This document shows positions 1-6,106 of a stretch of DNA of 64,000 nucleotides, piece after piece (position 1 is the stretch's first letter; every line of letters starts with the position of its first letter). This DNA comes from Escherichia phage SP27: the sequence record LC494302.1; one strand, written 5' to 3'. A model generated the notes under the pieces. It was not told the DNA's origin, did not search any database, and saw nothing but the letters and a program-made list of their open reading frames with translations. The position numbers and the translations under genes were made by a program.

Positions 1-185
1 GTGAGTTGATGTGGCACACCCTATCAAAAAAAGAAGGGACATTACCAGTTGATGATAATGGGCCAGAAGCACTTGATCAGTACATGTTCATTGATGATAC
101 ATTTGGCATTGACTATTCTGCATATCAGTGTATACTAGCTATACACGAAAAATATTACGACCGTCTACGTGACAGATTAATTTAA
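1..185 (+). CDS. 3' end of an upstream gene, 5' truncated by the window edge; hypothetical protein
   Basis: Open frame from the window start (…ELMWHTLSKKEGTLPVDDNGPEALDQYMF…RDRLI) ending at TAA 183-185. Confidence 0.3.
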   Translation, partial: ELMWHTLSKKEGTLPVDDNGPEALDQYMFIDDTFGIDYSAYQCILAIHEKYYDRLRDRLI

Positions 186-196
186 TTGGAGGCATT

Positions 197-319
197 ATGA
201 TTGCTATGTTAGAAGAAGATTGGGGTGTTTCCGAGCAAGGCACTGATGAATATGAATACCCAGAATATAAGCCCAAAGGCTTATGGGAACGTTTGCGTGA
301 TTGGTTGATGGGGGAATAA
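197..319 (+). CDS. Small hypothetical protein (41 aa), not in the ORF track
   Basis: ATG 197 preceded by GGAGG; MIAMLEEDWGVSEQGTDEYEYPEYKPKGLWERLRDWLMGE; stop lies 1 nt before the next gene's ATG. Confidence 0.35.
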   Translation: MIAMLEEDWGVSEQGTDEYEYPEYKPKGLWERLRDWLMGE

Positions 320-320
320 T

Positions 321-1433
321 ATGAAAAAGTATTTGGTTGGTGGCTACGTCCGTGACCGTTTAATGGGTCTTCGTGCAAAAGACAAAGATTATGTCATTGT
401 CGGAGCAACTGAATCTGATATTAAGTACTTGCAAAGTATTGGCTATAAGCAAGTAGGTAAGGATTTCCCTGTATATCTAAGTCCAGAAGGTAATGAACAC
501 GCATTAGCCCGTACTGAGCGTAAAACTGGTACTGGATATGGTGGCTTTGAAGTGGATACAAAAGGCGTAACACTCGAACAAGATTTGTATCGCCGTGACC
601 TAACAATAAATGCAATTTCGTATGATCCAGTACTACAAATTCACATTGATCCATACGGTGGTAAAGCTGATATCAAGAACAAGGTACTACGTCATGTTTC
701 TGACCATTTTAAAGAAGATCCATTACGTGTGTTACGTCTTGCTCGATTTGCTACTCGTTATTCAGACTTTACTATCCATGAAAGCACTGAGGAACTAGCT
801 ATTGGAATGGTCAATAGTGGTGAGCTAAATCATCTTGTTCCTGACCGTGTTTTTGTGGAATTCGAAAAAGCATTTTCCGAAGAAAAGCCTGCAAAGTTCC
901 TTAAGACGCTAAGTAAATTTGGTTATTACGAAAAGGTGTTTAATACATCTTTGACCAAAAAGAATTTAGACCTTATTGATTATATTGCAGAGAACTGTAC
1001 GGATGTATATAAACCATATTTTCTGTGGTCTATTCTTCTTGAAAATGAAGAAGTAAATAATGATTCAGTACTTAACGGTGCTATTAAAGTTCCAGTTAAG
1101 TATGTTAAATTTAGTAATTATATCAAACGTTTCCGTGATGATATCAAAACATTCCGTAAAAAGACCCCTATTGAAATGGGTAATATTTTATTGGATATGA
1201 ATATTAAAAATAACGGAGGTGAAGAATTCCTTTATGAAGTTTTGGAATACTTCATTTTGCGAAAAGAAATTGATTTAGAACTTGAAGATCTAATTATTAA
1301 AGTTTATGATCGTTATACTGATGTTGAATTGCCTGATATTCAGCAAATGGTCAAAGATGGTGAACTTGAAACGTCAGAAATTCGTGATTTTGTTTGTGAA
1401 CTTCGTTACGAAGCAATCAAACAAATGTTCTAA
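321..1433 (+). CDS. cca: tRNA nucleotidyltransferase (CCA-adding enzyme) head/neck/body; no HD phosphohydrolase domain
   Basis: GGYVRD start motif, ARTERKTGTGYGGF, RRDLTINAI, EDPLRVLRLARFATRY; near-collinear with the N-terminal half of E. coli Cca as recalled; RBS before ATG 321. Confidence 0.85.
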   Translation: MKKYLVGGYVRDRLMGLRAKDKDYVIVGATESDIKYLQSIGYKQVGKDFPVYLSPEGNEHALARTERKTGTGYGGFEVDTKGVTLEQDLYRRDLTINAISYDPVLQIHIDPYGGKADIKNKVLRHVSDHFKEDPLRVLRLARFATRYSDFTIHESTEELAIGMVNSGELNHLVPDRVFVEFEKAFSEEKPAKFLKTLSKFGYYEKVFNTSLTKKNLDLIDYIAENCTDVYKPYFLWSILLENEEVNNDSVLNGAIKVPVKYVKFSNYIKRFRDDIKTFRKKTPIEMGNILLDMNIKNNGGEEFLYEVLEYFILRKEIDLELEDLIIKVYDRYTDVELPDIQQMVKDGELETSEIRDFVCELRYEAIKQMF

Positions 1434-1439
1434 AAAATA

Positions 1440-1470
1440 GTGGGACAAAAAACCAATAACTGATATAATT
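1440..1470 (+). promoter_or_regulatory. Sigma70-like promoter (GTGGGACA -35-like, 16-nt spacer, TATAAT)
   Basis: AGTGGGACAA…TGATATAAT; the same motif recurs at 20548-20577. Confidence 0.4.
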
Positions 1471-1510
1471 ATTAGTATCTGAACATCGATTGATGACAAA
1501 GAGATAAGAT

Positions 1511-1943
1511 ATGCGTTATAGTTGTGGTATAATATTTTATCGTGATGGTCAGATACTTATCGGACATACAACACGGACAGAATCATTGGGATTTACCTAA
1601 AGGGAAAGCTGAGGGTAATGAAACTTTCAAAGAAGCTGCTGTACGTGAATGTTTCGAAGAGACAGGATACGAAATCGATGAAGATGATCTTCTGTTTCTT
1701 GGTGATGTATCCTATAGAAAGGGAAAAAGGTTAGTACTTTTCTTTTATACTGCCAAAGACAAACCAATACCAGATGAATTAGTTTGTAAAAGTACTTACA
1801 CTAATAGATATGGTAAGAGTCATCCAGAATTGGATAAGTTCATGTACATTGATGTACGAGAATGTCAAAAGTATTTGACTGAACGAATGTGTAACAGTAT
1901 TATTAAAGCTGTTAAAGCTTTTCAAAGAAATAGAAGGAAATAA
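1511..1943 (+). CDS. NUDIX hydrolase interrupted by an apparent +1 frameshift at about 1583-1590 (pseudogene, programmed frameshift or sequencing indel)
   Basis: ATG 1511 with AAGAGA RBS encodes MRYSCGIIFYRDGQILIGHTTRTES (Nudix first strand) and stops at 1598-1600; the Nudix box GKAEGNETFKEAAVRECFEETGY is in the 1542-1943 frame. Confidence 0.6.
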
Positions 1944-1944
1944 C

Positions 1945-2193
1945 ATGAAAGTTAAAATTTATGGTCGCAAGACTGGTTGTAAATTTTGCGACACTGCAAA
2001 AGCTGTATGTGAACAAAATAAATTTGAAATGGAGTTTGTAGATATTGTTGCTGAAGGTATCGATGGTTCAAAACTGTCTGAAATTTGTGGTGAACCAGTT
2101 CGTCAAGTTCCTCAAATTTTCGTAAATGACATTTATGTACCAGGTGGTTGTACTGGGTTTATTGAAGGTCTTAAAGAAGGTCGTTGGAACTAA
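1945..2193 (+). CDS. Glutaredoxin-like protein (T4 NrdC-like)
   Basis: 82 aa with a CKFC redox motif near the N-terminus and a VPQIFV…GG C-terminal pattern. Confidence 0.6.
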   Translation: MKVKIYGRKTGCKFCDTAKAVCEQNKFEMEFVDIVAEGIDGSKLSEICGEPVRQVPQIFVNDIYVPGGCTGFIEGLKEGRWN

Positions 2194-2435
2194 TGGATAT
2201 TGAAAAAGTATCATCTCGTGCAAAACAACTAGCTGATACGTTGGGAGTAGAGTTCAAAATTCCTGATATTTCAATAGCTAAAGAAAAAGCCCAGATTAAA
2301 ATTAACAAGATGAAAGAATATCTATCTAAACAAGAACAGTATGATTCCGCTGTCGAATTTATTGTAAAATCTTTTAGTAAAGAGGATATTTTGGAATTTA
2401 TCAAATATGTGAAGGTTTCTGGCAACCCTAAATAA
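2193..2435 (+). CDS. Hypothetical protein (80 aa)
   Basis: ATG 2193 overlaps the upstream stop (TAATG); the track's earlier start is a TTG. Confidence 0.5.
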   Translation: MDIEKVSSRAKQLADTLGVEFKIPDISIAKEKAQIKINKMKEYLSKQEQYDSAVEFIVKSFSKEDILEFIKYVKVSGNPK

Positions 2436-2481
2436 ATGTGAAGAACAAAAAGTTCTTCTTAACAATTTGGGAGATACTATT

Positions 2482-2724
2482 ATGCTCAGTTTTCGTGAAC
2501 AATTAGCAAAAGGTCAATTTCAGGCTAAAGCTCAAACTAATATTCCTAAAAAATCTGCATTTTTAGGAACAATTACGGAAGATGGATTTTGTGATTATGA
2601 TGCACCAGAAGATTCATGGTACATTACAAAAGACACAAAACGCAGTAATAGACTTCACAAAAGTACAATAGCTAGAAAGCATCGAAAAGAATTAAAGAAA
2701 ATCCGTTTCGGTGAAGAAGAATAA
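2482..2724 (+). CDS. Hypothetical protein with a basic C-terminus (80 aa)
   Basis: ATG 2482 preceded by GGGAGA; the track start at 2467 is a TTG. Confidence 0.5.
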   Translation: MLSFREQLAKGQFQAKAQTNIPKKSAFLGTITEDGFCDYDAPEDSWYITKDTKRSNRLHKSTIARKHRKELKKIRFGEEE

Positions 2725-2732
2725 TTTAAAAT

Positions 2733-2765
2733 AAGGACTCTGACCACAGAGTCCTTTCTTTTCGG
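2733..2765 (+). terminator. Rho-independent terminator
   Basis: AAGGACTCTG-ACCAC-AGAGTCCTT hairpin followed by a T-rich tract. Confidence 0.55.
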
Positions 2766-2773
2766 AGAATATA

Positions 2774-3250
2774 ATGATTCATGAACACCGAGGTAATCTG
2801 TTTGAATTATTCAGTACTGTAACAGATGATAAAACAGCAATACATATAATTGCTCATGGTTGTAACGCACAGGGTAAAATGGGTTCAGGTTTTGCAAAAG
2901 AGCTAAGAAATCGTTACCCAATGGCATATGATGATTATAAAGCATATGAAAAGGAAATGGGATTTCTTAGAATTGGACAAATTGCATATTCAGCAATTAA
3001 CGATAATTTGATTATTGCAAACTGTATTACCCAAAAAATGTACGGTAATGACGGTGCTAAATATGTCAGTTATGATGCAATCGACGATGTGTTCAAACAT
3101 CTAAATTATTTTTGTAAAGTTGATCGAGATGTTCATGTACACTTCCCGAAAATTGGAGCCGATTTGGGCGGCGGTAACTGGAACGTTATCAAAGAAATCA
3201 TTGATCACCGACTGGTCAATGCAGAAAAACACTTATACATTCTAAAATAA
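2774..3250 (+). CDS. Macrodomain protein of the DarG/TARG1 (OARD1) type; ADP-ribose hydrolase-like
   Basis: IAHGCNAQGKMGSGFAKEL and HFPKIGADLGGGNWNVI match the HCISxDxxMGAGIA / PRIGCGLD pattern of TARG1/DarG macrodomains, from memory. Confidence 0.65.
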   Translation: MIHEHRGNLFELFSTVTDDKTAIHIIAHGCNAQGKMGSGFAKELRNRYPMAYDDYKAYEKEMGFLRIGQIAYSAINDNLIIANCITQKMYGNDGAKYVSYDAIDDVFKHLNYFCKVDRDVHVHFPKIGADLGGGNWNVIKEIIDHRLVNAEKHLYILK

Positions 3251-3269
3251 ACAAAAGGACTTGACAAAA

Positions 3270-3578
3270 ATGACTATGACCGTTAAACTACTAAACATCA
3301 ATAACATTGGCCCAGTACTAGCAGTTCTTCAAACCGATTCTGCTGAAGCTGTTGTAGTTAACTACCCAGCACAACTAGGGACTGACGAAAATGGTGAAAT
3401 CATTCTTCGTGATTATCTAGAGTTTGTTAGTATGGAGAAAAATGTTATTTTTTATAAATCCAACATTATTAGTGTTAGTGATGCAAACCCTGCATTAGTT
3501 GATGCTTATGTTGATGCTATTAAAGCAATCGAAAACACTCCAAAAGTTTTCGTTCCTGAGAATAAAATCATTCTATAA
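3270..3578 (+). CDS. Hypothetical protein (103 aa)
   Basis: ATG 3270 after AAAGGAC; the track start at 3261 is a TTG. Confidence 0.5.
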   Translation: MTMTVKLLNINNIGPVLAVLQTDSAEAVVVNYPAQLGTDENGEIILRDYLEFVSMEKNVIFYKSNIISVSDANPALVDAYVDAIKAIENTPKVFVPENKIIL

Positions 3579-3590
3579 TAGAGGTATATA

Positions 3591-3968
3591 ATGGCTGCTA
3601 ATGACGTTAAAGTAAAAACTATCCAAGCTATCGTAGTACTGAAAGATTCTACACCATCCCCTAAAGAATTAGTAATGGCTGGGATGACTATGTTACATCA
3701 ATACAACCCTGAATCACCTAACTATGTTCAAGAATACGAAGCTAAGAAGTTTAAAGAACATTGGCAGTCATGGATTAAAGATAATGAAATGGAGCAGGTA
3801 GTTTATGCTGCTGATGACATTTTCGAACTGGAACAAATTGAATATCTAGCTGGTCAGCAATCAGTACCATTGAGCATTTTCGGTAATGGTGAAGAAGTTC
3901 TGGTATTGGGACCATTCACTGCTGATGATATCATTCACTTACTGAGTAATTGTAAGAAAATTGAATAA
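3591..3968 (+). CDS. Hypothetical protein; weak resemblance to the PTH2 peptidyl-tRNA hydrolase fold
   Basis: ATG 3591 after AGAGGTA; C-terminal EEVLVLGPFTADDIIHLL resembles the PTH2 TVLGIGPGPADLID segment, by eye only. Confidence 0.5.
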   Translation: MAANDVKVKTIQAIVVLKDSTPSPKELVMAGMTMLHQYNPESPNYVQEYEAKKFKEHWQSWIKDNEMEQVVYAADDIFELEQIEYLAGQQSVPLSIFGNGEEVLVLGPFTADDIIHLLSNCKKIE

Positions 3969-4184
3969 AAATTCGAAACTATCAGGTTACCGTAACAACA
4001 CGTTGAAGTACAATGATATTAAGTACTGGGTTGATCCTTACTTAAATAAATCATTGTTAATGTACAGAGATAAATCACGAGATCTATATGGAATATATGT
4101 TACTCAGTTAATATATATAATAGATTCCGAACATTTTACTCCATTGGTATACCTGTACTGCTTGTATAATTCAAAATAACTATT

Positions 4185-4230
4185 AGCACCTCTAAATAAT
4201 GTATATAAACATTAATGAGGTGCTTTTTTA
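4185..4230 (+). terminator. Rho-independent terminator (long imperfect hairpin plus T6)
   Basis: AGCACCTC…GAGGTGCT stem with an inner AATGT/ACATT stem, followed by TTTTTT. Confidence 0.45.
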
Positions 4231-5021
4231 TGTCTTACGATTATATGGGTGGAAACCCTGATGCTCCTAACTTTGACCATCGTGAAAAACTGAAAGATGT
4301 TATCACTCAAATGTTGGGTGCTGGGGCCGTTGAGGTAGAAATTACTGATGGTCAATTAGAAATTGCAATTGATAATGCGGTATCGAATTACAGAGCGTGG
4401 AGTTCTGCTTCTAAAGAAGAAGCATTTTTAAATATGAAATTTTATGATTCACAATCTGTATATATGCTACCAACTGAAGTTGAAATTGTTAAAAAGATTT
4501 ATCGTTATGGTAATGGTTACTTAAGTTCTGGTAGTGGGAACTCAGTAGATCCGTTTTCTCTAGCATTCACCAACACTTACTTATTGACTTCAGCACGAAA
4601 TGCAGGTGGATATGATCTAACTACATATGATTTTAGTTTTCAGTTCCAAGAACTGGTAGGTCGTATGTTTGGTCGTGATATTATATTTCAATTTAACCCA
4701 ATGACCAAAAAATTAATTATAGATCGTGATATTCGCGGTACTGAAGAAGTACTATTACACGTATATCATAATATTCCTGAACCATTGTTGTTTCAAAGAC
4801 AGCAAAGTTATCCTTGGCTACGTGATTGGGCATTGTCTGAAGCCATGATTATGTTGGGTCGTAACCGTGCCAAATTTGCTTCTCTTCCAGGTCCACAGGG
4901 AACGTTTTCTATGGATGGTGATACATTACGTAATGAAGGATTACAACTTCAGGAACAGCTTAAAGAGCGTTTGAAACGTTATCAAGATGGTGCTGAACCA
5001 CTAGGTATGATTATTGGATAA
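4230..5021 (+). CDS. Hypothetical protein, possibly virion-associated (neck-like?)
   Basis: Second in-frame ATG chosen because the first (4215) lies inside the terminator hairpin; MSYDYMGGNPDAPNF…. Confidence 0.5.
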   Translation: MSYDYMGGNPDAPNFDHREKLKDVITQMLGAGAVEVEITDGQLEIAIDNAVSNYRAWSSASKEEAFLNMKFYDSQSVYMLPTEVEIVKKIYRYGNGYLSSGSGNSVDPFSLAFTNTYLLTSARNAGGYDLTTYDFSFQFQELVGRMFGRDIIFQFNPMTKKLIIDRDIRGTEEVLLHVYHNIPEPLLFQRQQSYPWLRDWALSEAMIMLGRNRAKFASLPGPQGTFSMDGDTLRNEGLQLQEQLKERLKRYQDGAEPLGMIIG

Positions 5022-5025
5022 ATTA

Positions 5026-5053
5026 AAAAAGACTCCTATATGGAGTCTTTTTC
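5026..5053 (+). terminator. Rho-independent terminator
   Basis: AAAGACTCC-TATAT-GGAGTCTTT hairpin then TTT. Confidence 0.5.
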
Positions 5054-5071
5054 ACATTATGTGATATAATG
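5036..5071 (+). promoter_or_regulatory. Early-type promoter with extended -10 (ATGTGATATAAT)
   Basis: TCACAT-T-ATGTGATATAAT about 27 nt upstream of ATG 5098; weak -35. Confidence 0.4.
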
Positions 5072-5097
5072 ATAATATTAATCTTAAGGAACCTAAC

Positions 5098-5367
5098 ATG
5101 AATAACAACATAGATGCAATGTATAACAAATATAGTTGTGGTGCACCTACATTAGATTATGAGTCAACAGAAAAATTCTGGAAATTTTTAAAAGAATCAA
5201 TCGTTGATGTTTTCGGTAGAGAACGAATAAACGCGTGGGCGAGTATATGTCGTGATGATAATGGAGAAACATTCTACATCACTTATGTTACTATATATTA
5301 TGGGAGCGAGTTTATAGTTCAATTACTTGAATGTTTAGTAGGAAAGGATTTAGTGGTACTTATATAA
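5098..5367 (+). CDS. Hypothetical early protein (89 aa)
   Basis: ATG 5098 after AAGGAA; directly downstream of the promoter-like element. Confidence 0.5.
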   Translation: MNNNIDAMYNKYSCGAPTLDYESTEKFWKFLKESIVDVFGRERINAWASICRDDNGETFYITYVTIYYGSEFIVQLLECLVGKDLVVLI

Positions 5368-5385
5368 TATACATGGAGAAGTATT

Positions 5386-6012
5386 ATGGAAAGACAAATA
5401 ATTGCAATTAACGGTACTATTGGAAGTGGTAAAGATACTTTTGGAGAAACTTTTATTAATAATGGTTACACCAGAATGTCATTTGCAACTAATCTTAAAG
5501 ATTCTGTTGCTGCTATTTTTGGATGGGATCGTGAAATGCTTGAAGGTTCAACTAAGGAAAGTCGTAAGATTCGTGAAGAACCGGACCAGTACTGGTGTGA
5601 TAAGTTAGGTCGTAATGATGTATCCCCTCGATGGGTATTGCAGAATTATGGTACTAATATTTTGCGTAAGTATTTTCATAATGATATTTGGGTATTCAGT
5701 TTAGAAAAATCAATGCAAGACATAGATGGAAATATCATCATCACTGATTGCCGTTTTCCAAATGAATTAAAAATGATTAGATCGAATAATGGGACTATTA
5801 TTGAAGTTCAACGTGTTCTACCACATTGGTATGGTTTGGCGGCCTCTTATAATAAAGGGGATATTAATATTAAACCAGTTGAACTAGAATCAGTACACGA
5901 ATCTGAGTGGGCTTGGATTGGCATAAACAATCCTGATATAATTGTACAGAATAACAGTACTATTGATGATTTACATAAAAAAGCAATGGACATTATTTAT
6001 TCTAATACATAA
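5386..6012 (+). CDS. Deoxynucleoside monophosphate kinase (T4 gp1-like)
   Basis: P-loop GTIGSGKDT and ITDCRFPNELKMIRSNNGTIIEVQR, resembling the T4 gp1 DTRQ…ATVIHVVR region from memory. Confidence 0.7.
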   Translation: MERQIIAINGTIGSGKDTFGETFINNGYTRMSFATNLKDSVAAIFGWDREMLEGSTKESRKIREEPDQYWCDKLGRNDVSPRWVLQNYGTNILRKYFHNDIWVFSLEKSMQDIDGNIIITDCRFPNELKMIRSNNGTIIEVQRVLPHWYGLAASYNKGDINIKPVELESVHESEWAWIGINNPDIIVQNNSTIDDLHKKAMDIIYSNT

Positions 6013-6106
6013 ATTATAAACAATAAGGACTGGACAATTAAATCCTTCAATAAATAAGACTATACGAATATATTTCGAATAACCAATTATTTTTGGAGGA
6101 TTTAAT

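Noticed and set aside
3961-4179. 72-aa ORF in the 3969-4229 intergenic region
   Set aside because: TTG start with no RBS, overlaps the preceding gene's end, AT-rich low-complexity product; more likely non-coding regulatory DNA.
3969-4229. Possible tRNA in the long intergenic regions (3969-4229, 8771-9165, 17268-17677)
   Set aside because: No cloverleaf could be folded and no GGTTCGAATCC-type T-loop is present; GGGTTGATCC near 4050 lacks flanking stems.
5402-5608. 68-aa ORF overlapping the dNMP kinase gene in another frame
   Set aside because: Fully contained within a gene that has clear P-loop homology; no independent start signal.
6013-6106. T4-type late promoters (TATAAATA) upstream of structural genes
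   Set aside because: Only near-matches (AATAAATAA at 6045-6055, GATAAATAA at about 9108, ATATAAATC upstream of the 25041 fiber gene, AATAAATA near 57510) occur, and such strings are frequent by chance in AT-rich DNA.
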